From Candidatus Zipacnadum vermilionense (lineage in GTDB: Bacteria; Armatimonadota; Zipacnadia; Zipacnadales; Zipacnadaceae): a stretch of DNA of 64,000 nt. The position numbers and the translations under genes are program-made. The stretch lies in NCBI GenBank assembly GCA_029821755.1, contig JALGSV010000016.1, positions 12,372-76,371 on the forward strand. The letters run 5' to 3'. Shown here in pieces: positions 27,857 to 37,939 of this stretch. Positions within the stretch are counted from its first letter, which is position 1, and every line of letters starts with the position of its first letter. Under the pieces are notes generated by a model that searched no databases, had not been told where the DNA came from, and was given only the letters and a program-made list of their open reading frames with translations.

Positions 27857-29380
27857 CTACGCGTAGCAGTACCTCTCCGCCCGCCGCTCCAGCGGCTCCT
27901 GCAAGTCCAGTAGCGTCCCTAACAGCCTCGCCCGGACCTCCAGGTACGCCGAGTCCTCCCACCGGTTCACCTTCTCCCGCGGGTCGGCCTCCCGGTCGTA
28001 CAGCTCCCCATAGTCCTGCCCCGCGTACCACGTCAGCTTGTGGCCGGGGGTCACCAGCGTCTTGCTGCGGATTCCCCGCGGATCATCTACACATTCTACC
28101 AGCGCCGTCTCGCGCACCGCCTGCGCCTCTCCGCGCAGCAGCGGCAGAGCGTTGACGCCGTCCAGATTCCCCGGCGCGGGCAACCCCGCCGCGGCCAGCG
28201 CGGTAGGCGCCAGGTCCACCTGACTGAGCAGCGCCTCCGTGCTCCTCCCTCCCGCGAATCCCGCCGGCCACCGCAGGACCATGGGGATGCGCACCAACTG
28301 CTCGTAGGAGAACGGCCCCTTCATCCAGACCCCGTGGTCGCCCAGCAGCTCCCCGTGGTCGGTGGTGAAGATGACCAGCGTGTTCTCGCTCAGGCCCAGC
28401 CGGTCGAGCGCCTCCAGGATCCGCCCCATCTGCTGGTCGATCAGCCGCACCAGGCTGTAGTAGTACGCCCGCCCCCGGCGGGCCTCCTCCTCAGTCACCT
28501 CCCGGAAGTCCGCGTACCCGCCCAGCCATTGCCCGGCGATGCCATAGTCACCGATAAGGTCCGACTCCAGCCACCGCCCCTCGTGCGCCAGGCGAAAGAA
28601 CGGCGGCTTGTCGTCCAGCTCCCCCGGGGTGAAGTCGGGCAGCGGCACCTCCTCCGGCCGGACCCGGTCCTGGAACTCGCGGGGCACGCTGTGCGCGTGG
28701 TGCGGGTCGGGGAAGCCCACCGCCAGCAGGAAGGGCCGCTCGCCTCCCTCCCGCTCCAGAAAGTCAATGGTGCGATCAGCCGTCCACACGCTGTGGTGTA
28801 GCCGCAGCGGTAGTGGCCAGTCGTACGCCTCCCCGCCAAAGTGGTGCTGGGAGTCGGTGGAAACCCGCATGTACTCGGGATATTCGGCGGCGGACAACTG
28901 CGACCGCACCCAGGCCCCGTAGTGCCCGGCCATCCCCCAGTGCGCGTGCCCGACCGCCACCTCCACCGTCTCAAACCCGTAGTACGGCCCTCGCCACTCC
29001 GGGTAGATGCGGTCCCACTCCCCCATGGACTCCCGCGACTGCTCGGCCGTCCCCCCGAAGGCCTGAAAGTGGATCTTCCCCACGTAGTGTGTCCGGTATC
29101 CCGCCGCCCCCAGCAGATGGGAGATCATCACCTCGTCTTCCGGCACGTTCATCCCCACGTTCCAAGCCCCTTGCCGGCTGACATGCCGCCCGGTGAAGAT
29201 GCTCGCCCGCGCCGGCGTGCACACCTGGTTGGCGCAGTACGCCCGGTCAAACCGCACCCCCTCGTCCGCCAGCCGGTCCAGGTGCGGCGTATGGGTGAAC
29301 TCCGAGCCGTAGCAGCTTAGACTATCCGTGCGCTGCTGGTCGGTGGTGATGACGATGATGTTGGGAGAGGTCTGGGCCAT
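27857..29380 (-). CDS. formylglycine-dependent sulfatase (arylsulfatase family)
   Basis: Sulfatase signature C-T-P-A-R-A-S..TG, the metal-binding DQQRTD motif and the N-terminal IIVITTDQ motif. Confidence 0.9.
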   Translation of the reverse strand: MAQTSPNIIVITTDQQRTDSLSCYGSEFTHTPHLDRLADEGVRFDRAYCANQVCTPARASIFTGRHVSRQGAWNVGMNVPEDEVMISHLLGAAGYRTHYVGKIHFQAFGGTAEQSRESMGEWDRIYPEWRGPYYGFETVEVAVGHAHWGMAGHYGAWVRSQLSAAEYPEYMRVSTDSQHHFGGEAYDWPLPLRLHHSVWTADRTIDFLEREGGERPFLLAVGFPDPHHAHSVPREFQDRVRPEEVPLPDFTPGELDDKPPFFRLAHEGRWLESDLIGDYGIAGQWLGGYADFREVTEEEARRGRAYYYSLVRLIDQQMGRILEALDRLGLSENTLVIFTTDHGELLGDHGVWMKGPFSYEQLVRIPMVLRWPAGFAGGRSTEALLSQVDLAPTALAAAGLPAPGNLDGVNALPLLRGEAQAVRETALVECVDDPRGIRSKTLVTPGHKLTWYAGQDYGELYDREADPREKVNRWEDSAYLEVRARLLGTLLDLQEPLERRAERYCYA

Positions 29381-29486
29381 GCTCTAACTTTTCGCCATAG
29401 TCACCCGTTCACCTGCTCTGACGCCCGCGCGGCAGGGATGAACCCTCCGGCGCCCAATACTGTCCAAACACCAACGTTGACCGGAG

Positions 29487-30890
29487 GTGCCTATGCCGAA
29501 CTTCTCCCACCCCGCCACCACCCTCGCCGCTCTCGTCCTCCTGCTCCTGCCGCTGGCTGCCCTAGCCTGGGACGAGGAGTTTCCCCTGCCCGAGAACACG
29601 TCGGGACAGCCGTATCCGGATTGGGTGAATGACTTCGATCCGCGGCCCTTCCTGCTCCCCCTCCCCGCCCTCCCCGAGGGTGCCCGTCTTAGAAGCCACA
29701 ATCTCCAGATTGCCTTGACCCCACTCGCGGGAGTGGAGCCGCGGTCGCTCTGGAGCGTCCGCCTCGCGCAGTACTTCACTATCCCTGGCACCGACCAATC
29801 GGCGTACGTGGGCCTATCCCTCTGGGAGAACGCCTCGGCCTGCAAGCTGGCCTGGGACGAAGGCATGGGCAGGGCCGGCCCGCCGGTTCCGCCCGTGCCG
29901 GATGACCCCCGCCTCGACGCTGCCGATCCCCCGTTCCGCCGTTGCCGCCGCGCTAGACTCCTCTTGTCGCTCACCGATGCCCCTCGCGAGTGGGGCCCCG
30001 CCCTGCTCGGCGCCGCCCTCGATCGCCTCCTCGCCGCCGACTCCGACCTCGTCGTCTGCCGCCGCGTGGTCGGCGGCTATCCCCAGTACGTGGCCGACAA
30101 CTTCCCCGAGGCGGCGGAGTTGTCGGCGTACTGGAAGTACCACGACCTGCCGGAAGAGACCACCGTGACCTGCCTATTCCAGCGCGGGGAGCAGGAACTG
30201 CAGCGCTCGCAACAGGAGCTAGGCGGCACCGGCTGGGCCACGTTCGCTCTGGCCGCGATCGGTGCAGGATTTGCGCCGGGGGACTACCTGGTGCAGATGC
30301 GCGAGGGGGAGAAGGTCCTGGCGGAGAAGGAGTTCGCCGTGGGCAGGCTTCCCGGTACGACGGGCGTCTCGCCCGTCGCTCCTCCCACCGAGCCCGGCGT
30401 CGCGATCACCGGCCCCACCAGCGCCACCGCCGGCCCCGAGGTCTACCCCACCACCGACGGGTCGCTCCACTTCTGGCTCCAATACACCCAGCCCGGCACG
30501 GTCCTCGACACCGTTGGCTTCAACGCCGCCGCGCCCGGCGACTGGATGGTGAAGATCGAACCCAATGGCTTCCTGCTCTTCGGCCTCTGGGATAAGAACA
30601 CGGACAGCGTCCTCAAAGACCCCGCCGGCTGGCACGCCCTGACCAGCGGCGCACCCCTGGAAAAGGACAAGTGGCACGAGGTGACTCTGACCTACGGCAC
30701 GCGGGGAATGAGCGTGACGGTAGACGGCCAGGAGCGCCGCCCGCCCAACGTCACCCTCCCCCTCAGCGGCCAACCTGCTTGGTACGGCGACTTCCCCGGC
30801 GACGACCAATGGGCCGACCGCTTCAACGTCCACCCGGCGTGCACGGGCGAGGTGAGGGGGCTGACGTTCGAGGGACCGCAGAAGCAGTAG
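29487..30890 (+). CDS. secreted LamG/concanavalin-A-like lectin-domain protein
   Basis: Signal peptide, plus a C-terminal LamG-like segment (WHEVTLTYGTRGMSVTVDG). Confidence 0.6.
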   Translation: MPMPNFSHPATTLAALVLLLLPLAALAWDEEFPLPENTSGQPYPDWVNDFDPRPFLLPLPALPEGARLRSHNLQIALTPLAGVEPRSLWSVRLAQYFTIPGTDQSAYVGLSLWENASACKLAWDEGMGRAGPPVPPVPDDPRLDAADPPFRRCRRARLLLSLTDAPREWGPALLGAALDRLLAADSDLVVCRRVVGGYPQYVADNFPEAAELSAYWKYHDLPEETTVTCLFQRGEQELQRSQQELGGTGWATFALAAIGAGFAPGDYLVQMREGEKVLAEKEFAVGRLPGTTGVSPVAPPTEPGVAITGPTSATAGPEVYPTTDGSLHFWLQYTQPGTVLDTVGFNAAAPGDWMVKIEPNGFLLFGLWDKNTDSVLKDPAGWHALTSGAPLEKDKWHEVTLTYGTRGMSVTVDGQERRPPNVTLPLSGQPAWYGDFPGDDQWADRFNVHPACTGEVRGLTFEGPQKQ

Positions 30891-30974
30891 CCGCTCTGGC
30901 GGCCTCGGAGGAGAAGCACTCTCCCCCGCCGGGGCGGGCGGGGGAGAGTGGCGATTCGGGGTCCGCTTGCGCCC

Positions 30975-33026
30975 TTAGGCCTTGTCCGGCGGCTGGGGAG
31001 CCGGGGGCTGCACGGGCGCGGGGGTGGCAGACTTCTCGGGGGCGTCCGGGATGGGCTCGGCCGGACGCGTCGCCGGGGTCAGTCCCGTTTCCCCCGTCTC
31101 GCCTCCTCCGACTCCGCCCAGGTACTTCATCAACGTGGCGGCCAGGCCGTCTATCGAGCCGCCGCCCTCCCCGCCGACCACCATGATCTCTGGCACGAAC
31201 TTCAGCCCTCGCTCGGCCAGGGCCGTCACCGCGTTGACCAGCGTGGTCCCGCTGGAGCCCAGCGCCTCCACCTGCTCCTTAAAGGCCGTGGCGCGGGCCA
31301 GACCGACCGCCTCGACCTGCGCGCCTTCCGCCGCGCCGGTCTCGCGGATGTACGTCGCCTCACCGTCGGCCTGCGCCTTGCGCGCGTTGGCGTTGTTGGT
31401 CTGGATGTCCACGTTAACCCGGGCCTGCGCCAGTTGCGCCTGCATGTCGGCCGTTCCCTTGGAGGCCTCCATGGTGACGCGCTGCTCTTGCGCCTCGCGC
31501 TGCTTCTGGTAGGTCTGGATCTCCTGGTTGGCGATTTCTCGCTGGGTCAGTACCGACACCAACTGCTCGGGCAGCACCACGTCCTGGATGTACACTCCCT
31601 TGGTTTCCACCTTGTACTGCATGAGCTGCTCGGCGATGTGGTGGTAGGCTTCCTCCTGCACGGCCTGCCGGGTCTCGATGAAGGTGATGGCCGGCATCGA
31701 CTGCAGCTTGTCCCGGAAGTGGTTGCCTACCGCGGCCTGCAGGACCTCGTTAACCAGATTGAACATGGTGCCCACACTGGAGATCACCTGCGAGGCCTTG
31801 GTGTCCGGCACGTGGATCTGCACCTGCAGGTCGATCCTGAAGATGAAGCCCTCGCGCGACTTGGCCTCGATGGTCTCCAGGCGCACGTCTAGGTTGTGCG
31901 CCTGCGAGGTAGCCGCCGCCCAGTTGAGCGTGAGGATGAAGGTCGGCACGATCTCATACTGGTAGCAGCGGGGGTTGATGGGGTACTTGCTGGTGCGCAG
32001 GGGCTCCTGCCAGATGCCGCGGTGCCCAGGTCGGACCAGCGAGCCGAACTTGAACTCCGACCCGGAAGTGTCCTTCGTAGCCAGGCCGACGTAGGCCTTG
32101 ACCACCGCTACCTCGCCCTGCTGGACCACCAGCATCGGCACCAGTTCCACGCTGACCAAGAAGGGGTTGAGCGCGAACGCGCCGTACAGCAGCGGATCGT
32201 GCTGCAGGCCAATCCGGCCCCCGTTGTCGAGGAAAGCCTGGAAGTCCTGGTAGTTGTTGTGCATGTAGTTCTTGGTGCCCAGCAGCGTCTCGATGATCTC
32301 GGCGTCGCTCTTGTCGGCTGTCTCCATCTCCCGCACATCGGCAAAGCCCCCCAGGCGCCCAGCGATATCGCCGGAAGGCAACGGATCGCCCTCGTAAGTG
32401 GTGACGATGCCAATCATGTCCACCACTTGCCCCTGCGGCCCCTGCGGCTGCGGGCCGATGCGGACGAGGTTGAGGTGCTCCGGCTGCAAGCCGAAGGCCT
32501 CAGGGGTGAGTCGCCCGCCGGACTCGGCGGTCTTGTGCGCCAGTTCTGGAGTGACAGGCACGCCATAGACCTGGCGCCTGGTGATCACCAGAAACCCTAC
32601 CGGGTGGATGGGCATCAGGGTACCCGGAGGCAGCACGGGGCGCTGCACGCCCTTCTGCCCTTCCAGGGCGATGAACTGGCGCAGGTCGTTGAAGTTGCCG
32701 AACTCCGGCTTGTACAGGGCGGACTTGGCGCCGATGGGGAGTTGCTCGCCGGTCTGGGCGATGACCACGCCGATCTCCCCGGCTGGGACCTGCACCCAGG
32801 GGTGCTTGCTCACGCCGTAGAATACCCAGAAGGCCCAGCGCCAACCGGGCATGAGCAGGTTGGCCTGATAGCCGGCCTCGCCGTGGAAGGCGATGGGGTT
32901 GTCCTCGCGCAGCTTCTTGAAGCCGAAGCGCTTGGCCACCAGGCCTACCTGCGTAGGACCGATGACGCGAATCGAGGGCAGAATGAAGACCACAAACACA
33001 CCGACGATAATCCAAAAGATGTCCAT
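30975..33026 (-). CDS. flotillin-like SPFH/Band-7 family protein
   Basis: N-terminal TM segment, SPFH domain, long coiled-coil (EA-repeat, flotillin-like), and a Pro/Ala-rich C-terminus. Confidence 0.8.
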   Translation of the reverse strand: MDIFWIIVGVFVVFILPSIRVIGPTQVGLVAKRFGFKKLREDNPIAFHGEAGYQANLLMPGWRWAFWVFYGVSKHPWVQVPAGEIGVVIAQTGEQLPIGAKSALYKPEFGNFNDLRQFIALEGQKGVQRPVLPPGTLMPIHPVGFLVITRRQVYGVPVTPELAHKTAESGGRLTPEAFGLQPEHLNLVRIGPQPQGPQGQVVDMIGIVTTYEGDPLPSGDIAGRLGGFADVREMETADKSDAEIIETLLGTKNYMHNNYQDFQAFLDNGGRIGLQHDPLLYGAFALNPFLVSVELVPMLVVQQGEVAVVKAYVGLATKDTSGSEFKFGSLVRPGHRGIWQEPLRTSKYPINPRCYQYEIVPTFILTLNWAAATSQAHNLDVRLETIEAKSREGFIFRIDLQVQIHVPDTKASQVISSVGTMFNLVNEVLQAAVGNHFRDKLQSMPAITFIETRQAVQEEAYHHIAEQLMQYKVETKGVYIQDVVLPEQLVSVLTQREIANQEIQTYQKQREAQEQRVTMEASKGTADMQAQLAQARVNVDIQTNNANARKAQADGEATYIRETGAAEGAQVEAVGLARATAFKEQVEALGSSGTTLVNAVTALAERGLKFVPEIMVVGGEGGGSIDGLAATLMKYLGGVGGGETGETGLTPATRPAEPIPDAPEKSATPAPVQPPAPQPPDKA

Positions 33027-33324
33027 AGCACAGCCTCCCTAACGAACTGATTACGAGACACTACGGGAGGATTCGCCAGGCAGCGGAGTTCTCCTTCCGC
33101 TTGCGGCACAAAACCGCGTGGGCCTACTGGCCAAGGGAAGGGCCGGATTCGCTTAGCGCGGCTCCGCGGCGTTGCGCACCTGCGTTGCGGCGTTCATCTC
33201 GGCCCTTCCGGGGAGCCCCTTGGCGTCTTGCCGGCCAACGGACGACGCTTCCAAACGCTTTCTCCAGTTGCAGTGTCGCCCGTTCTTGGGGTATGATTCT
33301 CGCTAGTGCAGAGGTGTAACCACG

Positions 33325-33873
33325 ATGAGGAAGACTCTCCGGCGCGTCCTGACGGGCACGCCGATTGCTACTGAACACAGCGAGGACGAGAAGGTCGGGA
33401 TCTTTGGCGGCATGGCCGTCTTTGCCGCTGACGCCATGTCCTCGGTGGCCTACGGGCCGGAAGAGGTCCTGTTGGTCCTGGTGGCTGCGGGAGCGATGGG
33501 CCTGCCCTACGCCCTACCTGTCTGCATCGCCTTGGCGGTGCTTATTTGGGTCGTCGCCACCTCCTACCGGCAGACGGTGGTGGAGTATCCCTCCGGCGGC
33601 GGGGCCTATGTAGTAGCGCGCGAGAATCTGGGCACGGTGCCCTCGCAAATCGCCGGGGGAGCGCTCCCCACCGACTATGCCCTGACCGTCGCGGCGGGTG
33701 GGGAGGCGGAGCCGCGCCTCAAGCGTCTGTGGGGCGACTGGGAGGAAGACCTCCCCTTGGTCATCATCCCCGCCCCCTACCGTGACCTGACAGAGCCGCT
33801 CCTGGACTACATCCGCACAGCGCGCTGCGGTTGCAGTTTCTCTTGCACCAGGTGCCGGGAGTGGTGGCACTGA
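33325..33873 (+). pseudogene. truncated duplicate of the downstream APC-family permease (internal deletion)
   Basis: The first ~125 aa align with the N-terminus of the 602-aa permease at 33940. It then jumps to the C-terminal motif GGEAEPR(L/I)(K/Q)RLW..W...VPLVI.PAPYR.LT.PLL.YI and ends in frameshifted residues. Confidence 0.6.
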
Positions 33874-33939
33874 ACATGAGGTGCAAGCTCTAACCAGATC
33901 CGCCCATATCGATCGCGTCGTGATCGCGCAGGTGATTAG

Positions 33940-35748
33940 TTGATGAGAAGATGGATTAGGCAAACGCTGCTTGGCGCCCCCCTGGCTACGGAACTGGCCG
34001 AGGCAGAGCGCGTGGGTGTCCTAGGAGGACTGGCTGTCTTCGCCGCTGACGGCCTGTCCTCGGTGGCCTACGGCCCGGAAGAGATCCTGCACATGCTAGC
34101 GCCGACCGGCAACGCCGGGCTGGCCTACACCGTCCCCGTCGCTATCGCCATTGCCGTACTCATCTTCGTGGTGGCCACCTCCTATCGGCAGACGGTAATG
34201 GCCTACCCGGGGGGCGGGGGGGCTTATGTGGTCGCCCGGGACAACCTGGGTACCTCTGCCGCGCATGTAGTCGGGGGGGCTTTGCTCACCGATTACGTCC
34301 TGACTGTGTCCGTCAGTGTTGCTGCCGGGACGGCTGCCATCACCTCTGCGTGGCCGTCGCTCTATGAGGAACGGATCTGGCTTGCGGTGGCGGCGGTGGC
34401 GCTGATCGCCTTCGTCAATCTGCGCGGCGTACGGGAGGCGGCCGCGGCCTTTGCCCTCCCGGTCTACGGCTTCATTGTCCTCACCCTGGCGCTGGTGGGC
34501 CTGGGTCTGTGGAAAACCGCCCAGGGAGCACTGACCCCGCTGGCTCCGCCCACGCCCACGGGGGCGCTTCAACCGCTCACCCTCTTCATCATCTTGCGCG
34601 CCTTCTCCTCGGGGTGTGCCAGTCTCACCGGTATCGAGGCGGTCGCCGATGGGGTCCAGGCGTTTGCACCGCCCGTTGGCCGGCGCGCGGCAAAGGTGCT
34701 GGGATTGCTGGCCATGCTACTGGCCGCCATGGTCGTGGGCGTCTCCCTGCTAGCGCACAAGATGGGCGTCGTTCCCATCGCGACGGAGACGGTAACCTCC
34801 CAGATTGCGCGGAGCGTGTTCGGCCACGGAGCGTGGTACTTCGCCATGCAGCTTGCCACCGCTCTGATTCTGATCTTGGCCGCCAACACGAGCTTCGCTG
34901 GCTTTCCCCGATTGGCGGCGTTCATGGCTCGGGACGGCTACGTGCCGCGCCAGATGATGAACTTAGGGGATCGGCTGGTTCACTCGAACGGGATTCTCAT
35001 CCTGGGGCTGGTAGCCGCGATGCTCATCGTCGTCTTTCAGGGGGAGGTCGCCCGGCTTATCCCTCTGTACGCGGTGGGCGTCTTCACGGCTTTCACTCTC
35101 TCGCAGGCAGGGATGGTGGTGCATTGGCTGCGCCAAGACACGGGCCGGTACCGAGCCGTGGTCAACGGGTTTGGCGCCACAATCATCGGTGTGGTCCTAG
35201 TAGTCATCGCCGCCACCAAGTTCGTGCATGGCGCGTGGCTGATCTGTCTATTGATCCCCCTGCTGACCCTGGTTTTCCGCAAGATCAAGAGCCATTACGA
35301 CCACGTCGCCGTCCGCTTGAGCTTGGATATGGCTGGCGAAGTCAAACCGATGAAGAACCTCAACCTGCTACTGGTAGGGGGCATGCATCGCGGCACGCTC
35401 CAGGCGTTGGAGTACCTCAAGACGCTCTCCACCTCCGCCCGGGCGGTGCACGTGGAGTCGGGCGGAGAAGCGGAGCCGCGGATTCAGCGCCTATGGAGCG
35501 AGTGGGAGAAGCAGGTCCCCCTGGTGATCCTTCCCGCCCCCTATCGCAGCCTCACCACGCCGCTGCTCCAGTACATCCAGGAGGTCAAGGAGCAGGAGGG
35601 CTACGACACGGTCACGGTCATCCTCCCCGAGTTCATAGTGGACAACTTCTGGCAGTCGCTTCTGCACAACCACAGCGCGCTATGGCTGCAGTTGAGGCTT
35701 AGCCAGGTGCCGGGAGTCGCCGTGCTGAACATGAGGTACAAGCTGTAG
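33940..35748 (+). CDS. APC-family amino-acid/polyamine permease with C-terminal cytoplasmic domain
   Basis: About 12 TM segments, with an N-terminal GxxxAxxxLSS.AYGPEE motif. Confidence 0.8.
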   Translation: MMRRWIRQTLLGAPLATELAEAERVGVLGGLAVFAADGLSSVAYGPEEILHMLAPTGNAGLAYTVPVAIAIAVLIFVVATSYRQTVMAYPGGGGAYVVARDNLGTSAAHVVGGALLTDYVLTVSVSVAAGTAAITSAWPSLYEERIWLAVAAVALIAFVNLRGVREAAAAFALPVYGFIVLTLALVGLGLWKTAQGALTPLAPPTPTGALQPLTLFIILRAFSSGCASLTGIEAVADGVQAFAPPVGRRAAKVLGLLAMLLAAMVVGVSLLAHKMGVVPIATETVTSQIARSVFGHGAWYFAMQLATALILILAANTSFAGFPRLAAFMARDGYVPRQMMNLGDRLVHSNGILILGLVAAMLIVVFQGEVARLIPLYAVGVFTAFTLSQAGMVVHWLRQDTGRYRAVVNGFGATIIGVVLVVIAATKFVHGAWLICLLIPLLTLVFRKIKSHYDHVAVRLSLDMAGEVKPMKNLNLLLVGGMHRGTLQALEYLKTLSTSARAVHVESGGEAEPRIQRLWSEWEKQVPLVILPAPYRSLTTPLLQYIQEVKEQEGYDTVTVILPEFIVDNFWQSLLHNHSALWLQLRLSQVPGVAVLNMRYKL

Positions 35749-35973
35749 GGGCCGAAGGGGGACCACGGGAGAACGACGAGGAGCCGTGTAGCGGGATACG
35801 AGAAGCGAGGGGACCGACAGATTCCATCCGGCCCCCTCCGGGGCGCTGCCGATACGAGAAGGGCCGGATGGGTTCTGTCTACGTTCGCTCACACAGACGC
35901 AGCTACCTATCCGGCTCCTCCGGGGCTGTTCCTGTTAGTGGCTGCCACACGGGCAGCCGAAGTTCTAGCCGCC

Positions 35974-36912
35974 TCACCCATATCCCGGCAACGCCCCGCA
36001 CGGTGGCGGCATGACGACCAGGGAAAGCCCTCCGTAGAAATCCCGCCAACCGTCCTCTGTCCGATCCTCCGGCGCCCCCAGGACGACGAACTGGTTGATC
36101 CCCGCCGCCTGGGCGGCGGCCATGTACTCCTCCGCGCGCTGCGGGTTGTTGATGGTCCGCACATTGCGCGCGTACTGCAGCACCGTCTGTGCCGGCGGGG
36201 TGATCGTCGTGATTCGCGCCATTATCCCCGCCAGGTCCGTCTCTCCCGTCCCGTAGACCATCCCCGGCGCGTCCATCCACACCCACTGATCCACCAGGGC
36301 TCCGGAAGCCTTGACCACCGCCTTCAGCAACGCCTCGCCCCCTGGCCGCCGGAAGGCCTGCACCGACAGCCACACATACGACGTCTTGCCGTGGTCCTGG
36401 CACCATTGGGCGAAGGTCTGCACGTATGCCGCCACCCGCGTCGGCTCAGGGTCCAGTGTGGCCAACTTCGCTAGCACCAGCGCCACCTTGGGCCCCCGGT
36501 AGTCGGCCAACTGGCCCAGCCACTGCGTCTGGGTCATGGCCCGGTCGGGAGTGTAGACTCCTCCCTCGCGCCCCCGCGGCGCACGGCAACTGGTCTCCCA
36601 GCCCTCCGTCCCCACCACCGGCGTGGTCAGTAGCAGCCCGTCCGGGTAGCTGAACTGCAGCCGGTTGCCTATCGCCAGCCCCGGCGGGAGGTCAAAGCCC
36701 CACGTCGGCGGCTGCACCCGCACCCCGTAAGTCTGGAAGGCGTCGTTGTAGCTGCGGTCCCGCAAGAGGTCCGTCAGGGCCGACTCGTTCCGCGCGGTCA
36801 GGTCCCACGGGAGTAGCCAATATAGCTCCTCGACAGGCCGCAAAGCGGCCTGCCCCGGCAGGCAATACCCCAGGGCCAGGATCAGGCTAACAACGGCAAG
36901 CAAGATTCTCAC
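35974..36912 (-). CDS. secreted hypothetical protein (possible glycoside-hydrolase-like fold)
   Basis: Signal peptide MRILLAVVSLILALGYCLPGQA. 312 aa, no confident family. Confidence 0.5.
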   Translation of the reverse strand: MRILLAVVSLILALGYCLPGQAALRPVEELYWLLPWDLTARNESALTDLLRDRSYNDAFQTYGVRVQPPTWGFDLPPGLAIGNRLQFSYPDGLLLTTPVVGTEGWETSCRAPRGREGGVYTPDRAMTQTQWLGQLADYRGPKVALVLAKLATLDPEPTRVAAYVQTFAQWCQDHGKTSYVWLSVQAFRRPGGEALLKAVVKASGALVDQWVWMDAPGMVYGTGETDLAGIMARITTITPPAQTVLQYARNVRTINNPQRAEEYMAAAQAAGINQFVVLGAPEDRTEDGWRDFYGGLSLVVMPPPCGALPGYG

Positions 36913-37195
36913 TGCAGCAGATCACTCCGTGTACAAGTAGGGAAGGGCCACCGGCGCCCTCTCCTTGCGAGTACGGACGGTCAGCCGGGCACGATAGTTC
37001 CCCTCGATCATGCGAGGGACGAGCATCCGGTGCTGCGTCCAGGGCGTCCACAGGTCGGAGAAGCTCAGCGTGCCGGCGGCCGGCCTTTTGGAGCACGGGC
37101 ACCACCGCCCAGTCGGCCCAAGAGAGGGAGGAGGTGGTGAGACAACGGGGGCGGGTCGCATCTTGGGCGACGCTGGTCGCCAACGCAGCGGGCGC

Positions 37196-37939
37196 TCAGG
37201 CGGGCGCGGGTTCCGGCCTTGCGGGCTCCAACACGGTGACCCCCGGCTTGCCCCACACGGCCAGCACCGATTTCCCCAGCCGATGGCAGGTCAGCCAGTC
37301 CAGACGCCGCGAGGCGGGGACCACGTACCTGTCCCAGCACAGGATCTGCCCCAGCGACGGTGCGGTGCGGCGCAGCAGCAGGCGATTCCCCAGGGACAGC
37401 AGTACGCCCGCCGAGTCGAGGTAGGACAGACGGACGACGACCAGACCGTCGGGCGCCACCGAGGCCAGGCTCCGCCGCGTGTACCGCCGGTAGTGCCCGA
37501 TGGCGCGGTCAAACTCGGTGAACAAACACGGGTGGGCCGGGGAGACAACAATCAGATGCCCGCCGGGCCGTAGGAGGCGGTACGCCCGCGCCAGTTCCCG
37601 CCGGTCGTCCTCGATATGCTCCAGGACATCCACGTAGATGATGGTGTCGAACGCCTCGGCCTTCGTCAGATCGGCCGTAGTGCCCACGACGACCGAGGGA
37701 TGAAGCCTGGGCGGCCCCGCGGGTCCCATTTCCTCGATGCAGGCTGCCAGATCGGGATCAGGTTCCAGGCAGGTCAGACTGCGCACCTGCGCGTTCCACA
37801 AGAGCCCCGTATTGACGCCGGTCCCCGCGCCCACTTCCAGCACGTCCCCGCGCAGGAACCGGTTGACCTGGCTGGCCCAGTAGTGCTTCCAGTTCTGCGC
37901 GTGCGCGAAGACGTCCAGTTCCGTGCCGGCGTATTTCAT
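37196..37939 (-). CDS. class I SAM-dependent methyltransferase
   Basis: Motif I VLEVGAGTG and the LLRPGGHLIV post-motif. 4-nt overlap with the upstream GT2. Confidence 0.8.
   Translation of the reverse strand: MKYAGTELDVFAHAQNWKHYWASQVNRFLRGDVLEVGAGTGVNTGLLWNAQVRSLTCLEPDPDLAACIEEMGPAGPPRLHPSVVVGTTADLTKAEAFDTIIYVDVLEHIEDDRRELARAYRLLRPGGHLIVVSPAHPCLFTEFDRAIGHYRRYTRRSLASVAPDGLVVVRLSYLDSAGVLLSLGNRLLLRRTAPSLGQILCWDRYVVPASRRLDWLTCHRLGKSVLAVWGKPGVTVLEPARPEPAPA

Noticed and set aside
31896-33050. 384-aa plus-strand ORF
   Set aside because: Antisense to the flotillin gene.
34509-35702. 397-aa plus-strand ORF in another frame of the APC permease
   Set aside because: Out-of-frame overlap with a clearly coding transporter, and Arg/Gly-rich.
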